56,931 bases of DNA from a virus (Duplodnaviria > Caudoviricetes). Made by a program: the position numbers and the translations under genes. Positions 48,162 through 56,251 of this stretch are shown here, in pieces (the first letter of the stretch is position 1; every line of letters begins with the position of its first letter). Below the pieces are notes generated by a model that was not told the origin of the DNA, did no database searches, and saw only the letters and a list, made by a program, of their open reading frames with translations. The DNA lies in IMG/VR virus record IMGVR_UViG_3300030012_002328, positions 1 through 56,931 of that record. The stretch is one strand, 5' to 3'.

Positions 48162-48629
48162 ATGGGTTTAGATATGTATCTAACAGCACGAAAATTTCAC
48201 ACCGCTTATGAAAAGGGTGATGATGGTAAACTCGTGGAACACAAGCGAAAGCTGGTCGATGGTATGCCGCTACAATCTCAAGAGATGGAGCTTATGTATT
48301 GGCGGAAGAATCACTGGCTTCACGGTTGGATTGTTAACTGCTTCGCCAACGGAGAGGATAACTGTGAGCCGATTGAGCTCGACGCGGTTGACCTTGAGCA
48401 GATAGCGCGGAAGTTGGAGAAGTGGGCTGATGACCCAGCCGAGCTTGCACCAACCGATGGCTTCTTCTTCGGGGTGCGCGAGACTGATGACAACTACGTA
48501 GAATGGCGCGACGAGTATCGAGCAGATGCGAAAGCAGAAGCTGCTGACCTACGCCGTGCAGTTGAGTGGCTTCAGGAAGATACGAAGCAGCGCGAGTGGC
48601 GGAGCGTTCAATACCAAGCCAGTTGGTAG
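48162..48629 (+). CDS. Conserved phage early protein
   Basis: MGLDMYL..YWRKNHWLHGW..YQASW. Confidence 0.85.
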   Translation: MGLDMYLTARKFHTAYEKGDDGKLVEHKRKLVDGMPLQSQEMELMYWRKNHWLHGWIVNCFANGEDNCEPIELDAVDLEQIARKLEKWADDPAELAPTDGFFFGVRETDDNYVEWRDEYRADAKAEAADLRRAVEWLQEDTKQREWRSVQYQASW

Positions 48630-48645
48630 ACGGTTGGTAGACGAG

Positions 48646-48675
48646 AAAGGGTGGGCTTCGGCTCACCCTTTTTTT
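48646..48675 (+). terminator. Intrinsic terminator
   Basis: AAAGGGTGGGC-TTCG-GCTCACCCTTT then T run. Confidence 0.9.
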
Positions 48676-48731
48676 GCGCCTTAACTCATCCCCGTCGTCC
48701 CCAGGGCTCGCGATCTTCTATGTCCGGTGCA

Positions 48732-48782
48732 GGCGCAAGGCGCAAGAAAGTGTTTGACTATTCCATTGGGATATGTTCTATT
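48732..48782 (+). promoter_or_regulatory. Early promoter with heptamer tandem and operator
   Basis: GGCGCAA-GGCGCAAG, TTGACT, ATTCCATTGGGATATGT. Confidence 0.7.
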
Positions 48783-48812
48783 GACGATGTTCTAAACAAG
48801 AGGAGAGGAACA

Positions 48813-49241
48813 ATGACTATGCAAAACAAAGCTTACTTAATTAACCCGTGGCAAAACACAATTATGATTGTGGATTTTGAGTATGGCGGAAGCTACACAC
48901 AAATCCGGAACCTGATTGGTACAGAAGAGGCACCCGACCCAACATTCAGCGCGGTGGATATTGACGACAAGCATTCAATATACATTGACGATGAGGGCCT
49001 GTTCCGTGAAGACCAAGCGTTCTTTCAGTTGGAGGGATATCCCCAGCCGCTACAAGGCAAGGGCCTAGTCCTCGGCATTGACTACGAGACAGGAGAGAGC
49101 GTACCGCCGACCTTGTCACTTGAAGACGTGAACGCGCTTATCCATTTCCCGATGGTGCAGCCAGTTGTGGAGCCTCGCTATGAAGTCCGCAGCTTCGACA
49201 GTGCAGCAGAGATGCTGGAAGCAATGGGAATCAACAAGTAA
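48813..49241 (+). CDS. DUF3846-like protein
   Basis: IYIDDEGLF..PLQGKGLVLG; start reassigned using the GAGGAG RBS. Confidence 0.7.
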   Translation: MTMQNKAYLINPWQNTIMIVDFEYGGSYTQIRNLIGTEEAPDPTFSAVDIDDKHSIYIDDEGLFREDQAFFQLEGYPQPLQGKGLVLGIDYETGESVPPTLSLEDVNALIHFPMVQPVVEPRYEVRSFDSAAEMLEAMGINK

Positions 49242-49256
49242 TCGAGGTCCCTCCTC

Positions 49257-49287
49257 GGGGCGAGTCTTCGGGCTCGCCCCTTTTTTT
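49257..49287 (+). terminator. Intrinsic terminator
   Basis: GGGGCGAGTC-TTCG-GGCTCGCCCC then seven T. Confidence 0.9.
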
Positions 49288-49325
49288 GTCCAGGGGACGG
49301 CCCGGGCCGAGGCCCCCGGTTATAA

Positions 49326-49400
49326 GGCGCAAGGCGCAAGGGCCTTGCGCGGAGCGGACGCAAGACGCAAAAACATTTGACTAATCCAATGGAATATGTG
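49326..49400 (+). promoter_or_regulatory. Early promoter with heptamer tandems and operator
   Basis: (GGCGCAA)2, (GACGCAA)2, TTGACT, AATCCAATGGAATATGT. Confidence 0.65.
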
Positions 49401-49411
49401 AGGGTAAGGAT

Positions 49412-50035
49412 ATGACAAAGAATCTAGGAACATTTAAGGGATCAGCCATTTTAGCTAAAACGTCTAAAATGCCTGGTTATTCGATATCAACACCGGCGAC
49501 GGATTGCATCACCGGCGGCAAACTACAAAAGCTCAAGGGCTCGGTTTGTTCAGATTGCTACGCGCTCAAGGGTTCCTATACTTTCAGCAATGTTAAACCC
49601 GCGCTCAAGAAGCGGCAGGAGTTTATGAAGTCCCCGAAATGGGTTGAGCTCATGGTTGAGACACTTAACCGGACGAAGTCCCCATACTTCCGCTGGTTCG
49701 ATTCCGGCGACGTGCAGTCGGTAGAACACGCCAAGCAGATTCTGGAAGTCGTCGAGCTAACGCCGAGCAAGTTTCACTGGATTCCTACAAAAGAAAAGAA
49801 GATTTGGCGCGACGCATTGGCTGGCCGTATGGTACCGAACAACGCAGTAGTGCGTTTGTCCGCTGCTATGATAGACGGCGAGCCGCCGAAAGCATTCTAT
49901 AACACGTCAACAGTACACAAAAACAAGAAGCCTAGCGGCCATATCTGTCCTGCACCGGAGCAGGGCAACAAGTGCGGGGACTGCCGCGCTTGCTGGAATC
50001 CGGAAATCCGTAACATCTCTTACAAACACCACTAG
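49412..50035 (+). CDS. GP88-like Cys-rich protein (putative Fe-S)
   Basis: C..VCSDCYA, FRWFDSGD, CPA..KCGDCRACW. Confidence 0.75.
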   Translation: MTKNLGTFKGSAILAKTSKMPGYSISTPATDCITGGKLQKLKGSVCSDCYALKGSYTFSNVKPALKKRQEFMKSPKWVELMVETLNRTKSPYFRWFDSGDVQSVEHAKQILEVVELTPSKFHWIPTKEKKIWRDALAGRMVPNNAVVRLSAAMIDGEPPKAFYNTSTVHKNKKPSGHICPAPEQGNKCGDCRACWNPEIRNISYKHH

Positions 50036-50050
50036 TTAGATTCGCGACGG

Positions 50051-50202
50051 CGACGGCGAGCTACCCGGTACCCGGGCCCCGGATCTCCTGGGAGGCGCAA
50101 GGCGCAAGGCGCAAGTCGCAAGGACGACGGCGAGCTACCCAGGGGGCCCCGGGCTCCGGACCTGGAGATCAGACGCAAGTCGCAAGAGCCGCAAGACGCA
50201 AG
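50051..50202. repeat. GNCGCAA heptamer tandem arrays and 16-bp direct repeat
   Basis: Four heptamers at 50094-50121, four at 50172-50201; CGACGGCGAGCTACCC at 50051 and 50125. Confidence 0.9.
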
Positions 50203-50554
50203 TCTTCATGTCCTTACCCTGCCACAAGGGGCTTGAATCTTGGATGCTGGTGCCTGAAACGTGCATCGCGTCGCCTCCGTCAAATAAAAATAGGTCACGC
50301 GTCGAGGGGCGGTGTACCAAGATAAAGGATATGCCTCCACCCCTAGAAAAGCTGGTGTTCCAAGCAATCTGGGAAGGTCTGAGGGTAATCTTATGTCCTT
50401 TTATGCACTTTAATTCTACGAAAAAAGCCCCAGAATGGGCGATTAGAACGTCAGGGATACCGCTTCCAGCGCGATTCTCAATCCTCGTGTGGTGCGTCCC
50501 CTTCGGTAGATTGTCCTTCAATCTGAGCCACAGGTTTCGTTCCGGTGTCGCCAT
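50135..50554 (-). CDS. VRR-NUC/Holliday-junction-resolvase-like nuclease
   Basis: RIEN..GIPDV..FVELK..LRPSQIAW. Confidence 0.8.
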   Translation of the reverse strand: MATPERNLWLRLKDNLPKGTHHTRIENRAGSGIPDVLIAHSGAFFVELKCIKGHKITLRPSQIAWNTSFSRGGGISFILVHRPSTRDLFLFDGGDAMHVSGTSIQDSSPLWQGKDMKTCVLRLLRLASDLQVRSPGPPG

Positions 50555-51065
50555 TGTTTACCTCCTCGAAATCGCCTTCGATAAATGCCGCCGGATGCTC
50601 ACTCCGGAGCTTGCCCAGTTCGGCAATAATCTGGTCACGGGTCATCTCGTCGTATTTGTGAACGTGCTGGTTCTCGCGGCGGTCAACAGTCAGGCCACCC
50701 AGCGACGAACGGATTTTCTCCGCGTTGATTGCGGCGGAGAATTGCCCACCCTCCTCCGCCGATGCTGACAGTTCGGACAGTCGTTTGAGTTGGCCTATCA
50801 GGGTCACGCCAAACTTTCGTTCGCGCTCCTCCCGAAGTTCGGAAATGTATTGGGGAACGAGTGGGAAATCTTTCCCGTTCAAAAGTTTATAGGCATACAC
50901 GACAGCATTGTCTTTGCTGTATCCGGCGCGTCGCGCACACTCCGCATTTGAGTAAATGCCTTCAACAATGTTACGGGCAAACTCCCGTTGGCGGTTGGTC
51001 AGGGTCGATTTGGTGTCCTTTTCGACAGCCGTCTCCTCCGAAGTGTTTACAATGGGGTCGTCCAT
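50478..51065 (-). CDS. terS: Terminase small subunit
   Basis: LTNRQREFA..NAECARRAGYS HTH; AAINAE..LGGL. Confidence 0.8.
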   Translation of the reverse strand: MDDPIVNTSEETAVEKDTKSTLTNRQREFARNIVEGIYSNAECARRAGYSKDNAVVYAYKLLNGKDFPLVPQYISELREERERKFGVTLIGQLKRLSELSASAEEGGQFSAAINAEKIRSSLGGLTVDRRENQHVHKYDEMTRDQIIAELGKLRSEHPAAFIEGDFEEVNNGDTGTKPVAQIEGQSTEGDAPHED

Positions 51066-51290
51066 ATAGCTTATTTCCCTGAGATTAAGTTATTGAAATT
51101 AAAAATGAATTTGAGTTCGCCATCAATGTCCTATAGATTTTGTAAACACTTGTAAACACTTGGGTGTTTACAGATTCTGGTAACAAAAACAACACGTTAA
51201 GCCTCTTTTTCAGTGTGTAAACAGTAAACACCTACGAGAATTTTGTCTGCGGATGAATTCCCACAGGAATCAGCTATAGGAGTGTTTACA
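51043..51290. repeat. Cluster of (T)GTAAACAC repeats in both orientations
   Basis: Copies at 51043(-), 51141, 51151, 51164(-), 51216 (variant), 51224, 51282(-). Confidence 0.85.
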
Positions 51291-51480
51291 GTTTCGCCAT
51301 CACTTCGATTTTCATGCCGGACCCGGTTTCGACGAGGCGAACCGATTGAGTGGTGCCGTGAATCCAGACGCTGCGCCATGTCATATCGTATTCGTTCCCG
51401 ATGACATGCGTCAGCGGTGCTGCGTTCTCATCGACCATTGGCTCGCTGGGTTCGACCTGCAAAATAACTTCATTTTCCAT
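51286..51480 (-). CDS. Hypothetical protein
   Basis: 64 aa from MENEVIL; weak RBS. Confidence 0.5.
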   Translation of the reverse strand: MENEVILQVEPSEPMVDENAAPLTHVIGNEYDMTWRSVWIHGTTQSVRLVETGSGMKIEVMAKL

Positions 51481-51491
51481 TGCTTTAGTGC

Positions 51492-51545
51492 TTGAATTAT
51501 CCATTGGTTTGCTCCATACTATGGGAATCCCATACAACATGGGAA
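51492..51545 (+). promoter_or_regulatory. Promoter with TTATCCATTGG box and ATGGGA/TCCCAT palindromes
   Basis: TTGAAT-17-CATACT, then TATGGGAATCCCATA and CATGGGAA. Confidence 0.65.
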
Positions 51546-51567
51546 CAATATCATAGGAGGAAAGACT

Positions 51568-51771
51568 ATGGAACAGAAAAAACAAAGCACCGAGATTCAA
51601 GTTACAGGTGTCGAGGCACGTGCTGAGACGGCACAGCAGTCATTCGATTCTTGGGTCGCGGCTATGGAAGCTGATTGGTTTGAACAGCAGCGCGAGCTTG
51701 CTCGCATTGCCATTGAGCGGTCACGCGCAAAGCGTCGTGCGTTCTCACAATTCTTGGGAGAGCAAGCATGA
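51568..51771 (+). CDS. Hypothetical protein
   Basis: 67 aa, AGGAGG RBS. Confidence 0.75.
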   Translation: MEQKKQSTEIQVTGVEARAETAQQSFDSWVAAMEADWFEQQRELARIAIERSRAKRRAFSQFLGEQA

Positions 51772-51914
51772 GCCAGTTGAAGAAAGCATTATCACTTTTG
51801 GAAGATTTGGTGCAACACGCGGACGAGGATTGTCCGGTTGAGAACCGCACCGATTGGTTTCAATACACGATTGACGAAGTGCATGAGTTTTTGAAGGAGA
51901 TTAACAATGATTGA
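51768..51914 (+). CDS. Hypothetical protein
   Basis: Read manually: MSQLKKAL..HADEDCP.., 48 aa, ATGA coupling. Confidence 0.65.
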   Translation: MSQLKKALSLLEDLVQHADEDCPVENRTDWFQYTIDEVHEFLKEINND

Positions 51915-52194
51915 GGAAAATATGACAGTTAAACAATACCGAGTAACCAAGACCACCGAACTGGTCAGCAGTTACATCATCGAAGTTCCGGAGGGCGAAG
52001 ACCTGAACGAGCTTTTGCAAAACAATTATCGTGATGGATGGGAGAAGCACGTGCTTGACGTTGTCTATGAAAACGACGTATGCGCCACGCATGTTCTCGA
52101 GGCGTGGACGTTGAAGGAACCAGTCGATGCCGGAAGCCCCTTGGTTCACGATTTTGGAAACGACGACCAACGCATTTACGAGGACAAAGAGTGA
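51907..52194 (+). CDS. Hypothetical acidic protein
   Basis: 95 aa, AAGGAG RBS. Confidence 0.7.
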   Translation: MIEENMTVKQYRVTKTTELVSSYIIEVPEGEDLNELLQNNYRDGWEKHVLDVVYENDVCATHVLEAWTLKEPVDAGSPLVHDFGNDDQRIYEDKE

Positions 52195-52883
52195 TGCAGG
52201 TTGTTAGCTTATATGACATGACGGGCATTGCGCTCGAGCCGTGGCGAGATGCGGGGTTCGAGTGCTTTGCTTATGACATCGCGCACGAAGACCACGAGCG
52301 TGATGGTATCCAGTTCCGCCATGCGGATTTGCATGACCCCGCGACGTTCGCAAGGCTCATGAAAGAGCATAGCAGTAAGGTGGTTTTTTTGTCGGCGTTT
52401 CCAGTTTGCACTGACCTTGCTGTGTCCGGTGCCGCTTGGTTTGCCAAGAAGCGTGAGGCTGATCCGGATTTCCAGAACAAAGCAGCAGGATACGCAAGGA
52501 TGTGTGGGCAGCTTGGCGACTATTTTGGCTGTCCATACTTTGTGGAGAATCCGGTGTCGGTGCTGTCCACCCTGTGGCGCAAGCCAGACTACTCGTTCCA
52601 CCCGTTCGAGTTCGGTGGCTATCTGCCGGAGGACGACCAGCATCCGAAGTGGCCGGACTACATTGCACCGCGTGACGCGTACTCGAAGAAGACGTGCCTG
52701 TGGACGGGACGACATTTTGTTATGCCGGAGAAGAAAAAAGTCGAGTGCGACTCGTTCGGCAACAGCCAGCAACACGCAAAGCTTGGCGGAAAATCCGAGA
52801 AGACGAAGAACATTCGTTCGGCTACGCCGCGTGGGTTTGCCCGTGCAGTGTTTGAGGCAAACAAAGAATGGAGCTACGCATGA
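52194..52883 (+). CDS. DNA cytosine-5 methyltransferase-like protein
   Basis: SLYDMTG, FPVCTD (catalytic Cys), ENPV, KKTCLW, RSATP. Start reassigned to MQVVSL. Confidence 0.75.
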   Translation: MQVVSLYDMTGIALEPWRDAGFECFAYDIAHEDHERDGIQFRHADLHDPATFARLMKEHSSKVVFLSAFPVCTDLAVSGAAWFAKKREADPDFQNKAAGYARMCGQLGDYFGCPYFVENPVSVLSTLWRKPDYSFHPFEFGGYLPEDDQHPKWPDYIAPRDAYSKKTCLWTGRHFVMPEKKKVECDSFGNSQQHAKLGGKSEKTKNIRSATPRGFARAVFEANKEWSYA

Positions 52884-53125
52884 ACAACCACCATACACAC
52901 TATTCGCTGACGACGTATGACTATACGGGAAAACCAGTGGACACGTTTCGGGCGGCAAACAAAGACTACGAAGACTATCTCCGCCTGTTTGTTCGGGAGT
53001 TTCAAGGGAAGCTGTCGCACTTCGATTTTCATGATGCGCTTATCGCGCTCATTCGCAACGGCGAGACCAAGTTTAGTGACGACAATGTATCAGAAACTTA
53101 CGAGGTGAAATTATGGCGGGAATAA
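52880..53125 (+). CDS. Hypothetical protein
   Basis: 81 aa, ATGA coupling. Confidence 0.65.
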   Translation: MNNHHTHYSLTTYDYTGKPVDTFRAANKDYEDYLRLFVREFQGKLSHFDFHDALIALIRNGETKFSDDNVSETYEVKLWRE

Positions 53126-53307
53126 GTCGCAAGTTGAAGCGTGAGGAAGGTTTCCACGCTCGCATCTTTACCACCAAAGAGTTGGCGGAGATGTATATCA
53201 AACGCATGAAAAATAAAATGGGCACTGGATACGTGTTCGGCATCGCGCCGTGGAGCGACGAAGGCCACACAGGTTTCGTTGCCTACATGCACAAGGAAGT
53301 TGAATAA
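53113..53307 (+). CDS. Hypothetical protein
   Basis: 64 aa, GAGG RBS. Confidence 0.65.
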   Translation: MAGISRKLKREEGFHARIFTTKELAEMYIKRMKNKMGTGYVFGIAPWSDEGHTGFVAYMHKEVE

Positions 53308-53582
53308 TGCCAGCTAGAATATTTCGATTCACTCGACCCGCATATGGGGCGAGGTGGCACTCAATCTCGTATCGTCGGGGTTGGATGCCAGTGTTGTCAC
53401 GTGGTCGCGTGTATAACCGCTTTGGGCGGTCAATCAAAGCCATGCGGCATGACAAAAAACAAAGCCGTAGGCGTTACCCGCAGCGGCGGCACTCAATACT
53501 AGACCAGTTGCGTATCCGGATGTTCTTCCGGTCATACAACACGCGTCACCCAAACAATAGGAAATGGAGGAAAAAACCATAA
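53307..53582 (+). CDS. Arg-rich hypothetical protein
   Basis: 91 aa, TAATG coupling at both ends. Confidence 0.55.
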   Translation: MPARIFRFTRPAYGARWHSISYRRGWMPVLSRGRVYNRFGRSIKAMRHDKKQSRRRYPQRRHSILDQLRIRMFFRSYNTRHPNNRKWRKKP

Positions 53583-53719
53583 TGGATTATCAAAAAGCAC
53601 AGACACTGATGGAGCAGGTGATGGAGTTCGTTTACGAATACTTAAATGATTATCCGGACACCTTCGGCGCAGACTCGGAGACCATCGAGCAAGCATACAA
53701 TAAGGTGAAGAACGGATGA
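53582..53719 (+). CDS. Hypothetical protein
   Basis: Read manually: MDYQKAQ.., 45 aa, GGAGG RBS. Confidence 0.65.
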   Translation: MDYQKAQTLMEQVMEFVYEYLNDYPDTFGADSETIEQAYNKVKNG

Positions 53720-54048
53720 GCCGCAAAGTGACACTCAAGTCGCTGGCGGAAGCAACATCAGAGAAGTACAGGGTCGGATATCGAGAATTGGTTGGCAAGA
53801 CTATGCAACCCCTAATAATCATGCCGCGCCACGTGTTCTTTTTTGTTGCTCACAACAAGGCCGGGCATTCGCTCTCGGACATCGGGCGGTTCACGGACAA
53901 ATGTCACACGACAGTTTTGTACGCGACACGGAAGATGAAGCACCGAGTTACACGATCCGACAGCGACGACATAATCAAACGGGCGCAAGAATTAGATGCC
54001 CACAAACGCAAGAAGTATCTTGAATTAGCAAAGGAGGTAGGAAAATGA
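53716..54048 (+). CDS. Stand-alone DnaA domain IV (HTH) protein
   Basis: PRHVFFFVA..SLSDIGRF..CHTTVLYA aligns by eye with DnaA PRQIAMYL..SLPEIGRxF..DHTTVLHA. Confidence 0.75.
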   Translation: MSRKVTLKSLAEATSEKYRVGYRELVGKTMQPLIIMPRHVFFFVAHNKAGHSLSDIGRFTDKCHTTVLYATRKMKHRVTRSDSDDIIKRAQELDAHKRKKYLELAKEVGK

Positions 54049-54200
54049 AAAAAGCACAAAGGTATAACAACAAACTCAAGCAAGGTTTTCGCGTCAAAAA
54101 TAAAACGGGGGACGTACTAACTAAGCGGAATGCACGTCGAGTGTGCAAAAAGAACAGCGGACGCGTACACGCAATCGCACGTCGGGAGGTACGTTCATGA
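54045..54200 (+). CDS. Small basic protein
   Basis: Read manually: MKKAQRYN.., 51 aa, AAGGAGG RBS. Confidence 0.65.
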   Translation: MKKAQRYNNKLKQGFRVKNKTGDVLTKRNARRVCKKNSGRVHAIARREVRS

Positions 54201-54622
54201 TTGCTGAAGCCCTAGCTTGTATGGCTTTGAACATTTATCACGAAGCGCGTAACGAAAGCACCATCGGTCAAGTTGCCGTGGCGCAAGTCGTGATGAATCG
54301 CGTCGGTGATGATAGGTTTCCGGACACGCCGTGCGATGTGATTTACGATGGTAAACACTACACAGCAAAGAACGGCAAGACGTATCCAATCCGTGACCGG
54401 TGCCAGTTTAGTTGGTACTGCGATGGGTTGGCTGACCGACCCCGTAATCAAAAGGCATACGCGGTTGCATACGAAAACGCGAAGGCAGTGCTCGAGGGCT
54501 ACTACTTCGGAATCTTAGATGGTGCTACGCATTATCACGCGGATTATGTTTCGCCGCGCTGGTCGAAACTACACACACGAATTGTCAAGATTGACACTCA
54601 CATTTTTTACAGGTGGGACTAA
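54197..54622 (+). CDS. SleB-like cell wall hydrolase (Hydrolase_2)
   Basis: CMALNIYHEARNE..AVAQVVMNRV..CQFSW..ATHYHA..HIFY. Start reassigned to MIAEAL. Confidence 0.9.
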   Translation: MIAEALACMALNIYHEARNESTIGQVAVAQVVMNRVGDDRFPDTPCDVIYDGKHYTAKNGKTYPIRDRCQFSWYCDGLADRPRNQKAYAVAYENAKAVLEGYYFGILDGATHYHADYVSPRWSKLHTRIVKIDTHIFYRWD

Positions 54623-54777
54623 TGCTTAACAAAGTACAAATGAAATACATGACAGCAATGAAACTGCTCGAAGATGTTTTGAAAGGTGACAACGTCGACA
54701 AGGCACAAGCCTTTCTCGACAAGCACCACAAGCGAGTTGAGGCGGCAGGCAAATACTTAGAGAAAGTTAAGGACTAA
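54622..54777 (+). CDS. Hypothetical protein
   Basis: Read manually: 51 aa, TAATG coupling. Confidence 0.55.
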   Translation: MLNKVQMKYMTAMKLLEDVLKGDNVDKAQAFLDKHHKRVEAAGKYLEKVKD

Positions 54778-54938
54778 TGGACAACTTGATTTGTTTGAAG
54801 TCGGCGACTGATCAAGCATACGAAAAAGCGGTTGCTGCTGACTGGAACGAAGACGCAAGGGCAGAGTTCTTGTGGCGAGAATACTATCGATTGAAAGAAA
54901 AACTAGATAAAGGAGAGCTTTATGAGGCAAAATTCTGA
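54777..54938 (+). CDS. Hypothetical protein
   Basis: Read manually: MDNLICLK..GELYEAKF, 53 aa. Confidence 0.6.
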   Translation: MDNLICLKSATDQAYEKAVAADWNEDARAEFLWREYYRLKEKLDKGELYEAKF

Positions 54939-55167
54939 CAACGAAATGAAAGGTGTCCTGTTTAACAACAACACCGATAACCCGAAGGCACCGAACATCA
55001 AGGGCGAGTGCACGATTGAGGGCAAGAAGTATGAGATTGCTGGGTGGCGCAACACGTCCAAAGCTGGCAAGACATACTACAGCCTCAAGTTTCAAGAACC
55101 GTGGGAGCCTGCCAAGCAGTTTTCCGAGAGCGAGGGGTTGTTCCCTGAACCGGAGGATTTGGAATAG
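54922..55167 (+). CDS. DUF736-like putative ssDNA-binding protein
   Basis: GVLF..KAPNIKG..IAGW..KAGKTYYSL with acidic tail. Confidence 0.6.
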   Translation: MRQNSDNEMKGVLFNNNTDNPKAPNIKGECTIEGKKYEIAGWRNTSKAGKTYYSLKFQEPWEPAKQFSESEGLFPEPEDLE

Positions 55168-55559
55168 TGGGTAGTGTCGTAGAATTTCCCGGCGGTAAAA
55201 AATCCGAACCGGAGAAGACAAAGGAAAGCCGCAAGGTTGAGGATGCCGAGTATGTTTACTTGTGCAAACTGGACGAAGAGCTTGTTCCTTTGTTTCAGCA
55301 TGAAGACGAAGAGTGGTGGGGTGTCATTGCTTTTTGGAAAATCGAAGATATTGAGAATGGGGACAAGGCATTGATGGACGTGAACACCGTGGCGGTATTC
55401 AAGGAACGCCCACACGCCGTCGACTTCGCTTGCACACACGCAAACGAAGCACGTGTCTATCCAACCCAAGAGCTCATCATTGAAATGCGGATGAAGTTCT
55501 GCGGTATTGAATGGGTGCCGGAAGATGATGATCCGTCAGGAGGCAAAGATGCCGGATAG
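55167..55559 (+). CDS. Hypothetical acidic protein
   Basis: 130 aa, GGAGG RBS, VVEFP N-terminus. Confidence 0.7.
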   Translation: MGSVVEFPGGKKSEPEKTKESRKVEDAEYVYLCKLDEELVPLFQHEDEEWWGVIAFWKIEDIENGDKALMDVNTVAVFKERPHAVDFACTHANEARVYPTQELIIEMRMKFCGIEWVPEDDDPSGGKDAG

Positions 55560-55788
55560 TAAACGAGAAAAGCTGGCGTTCATACGTGCAGCACCAGAAC
55601 CAAGTAACAAGTACCTAGCAGATATAGTCGTGGTCGACGAGGAAGGCAATCAGACAGTAGTCCCGATATCACTGCAACGCACACTATTAATAGCAACGAC
55701 AGGCTTGAGCCTAATGCACAACAAAGGAGTTTGGCATGACGACGAAACAGACAACGAAGAAGATGGGTCGCCCCAACATTTTCACTAA
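55549..55788 (+). CDS. Hypothetical protein
   Basis: Start reassigned to MPDSK (AGGAGG RBS). Confidence 0.6.
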   Translation: MPDSKREKLAFIRAAPEPSNKYLADIVVVDEEGNQTVVPISLQRTLLIATTGLSLMHNKGVWHDDETDNEEDGSPQHFH

Positions 55789-55939
55789 CCGCAAAACCGT
55801 GAGCTTTGACATGGATCAAACCATGTACGACAAGCTCGAACTGGTTGCACGGGACAGTGGAGTAAAGAAAAGTACTGTGTTACGCTTGGCACTCGGTAAC
55901 TTTTTGAGGGAGAAACAACGAAGTGAACAAAGGCACTAG
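55736..55939 (+). CDS. Ribbon-helix-helix (CopG-like) DNA-binding protein
   Basis: GRP..KTVSFDM..KLELVARDSGVKKSTVLRLAL. Confidence 0.7.
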   Translation: MTTKQTTKKMGRPNIFTNRKTVSFDMDQTMYDKLELVARDSGVKKSTVLRLALGNFLREKQRSEQRH

Positions 55940-55984
55940 GAATTTATATTCTTCTATTTGGGGAACAATGCAGGAGAGGAAGAT

Positions 55985-56251
55985 ATGCTTTCGTGGATAC
56001 AGAAAACTTTTCGCGGCTATCTTGGCGTTGGTCGTGATAGCGATATGGGTAATCGGATGAGTTGGTCTCCGTGGTCGGTTCGCAAGGAACATTTGTGGTC
56101 ACCACGGAAAGCCGCTTGTGATGCGGTTACTTGTTCGGAGTGCCCCGGCGGTGACAGGTGCTGCAACCACACAGCACCGTCACATCCGGCAAGCTCATCA
56201 AGGTACGTTACGTACGATGATGACGGGTATCCTGCCCGTCGTTTACGATAG
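55985..56251 (+). CDS. Hypothetical protein
   Basis: From MLSWIQK (GAGGA RBS); Cys cluster. Confidence 0.5.
   Translation: MLSWIQKTFRGYLGVGRDSDMGNRMSWSPWSVRKEHLWSPRKAACDAVTCSECPGGDRCCNHTAPSHPASSSRYVTYDDDGYPARRLR

Noticed and set aside
48651-48812. 54-aa N-terminal extension of the DUF3846-like ORF
   Set aside because: It spans a terminator and a promoter; the RBS supports a start at 48813.
50051-50202. CRISPR or mini-array
   Set aside because: Repeats are 7-bp tandems and a single 16-bp pair, with no regular spacers and no cas genes.
50208-50768. 186-aa + strand ORF
   Set aside because: Antisense to well-supported TerS and nuclease genes.
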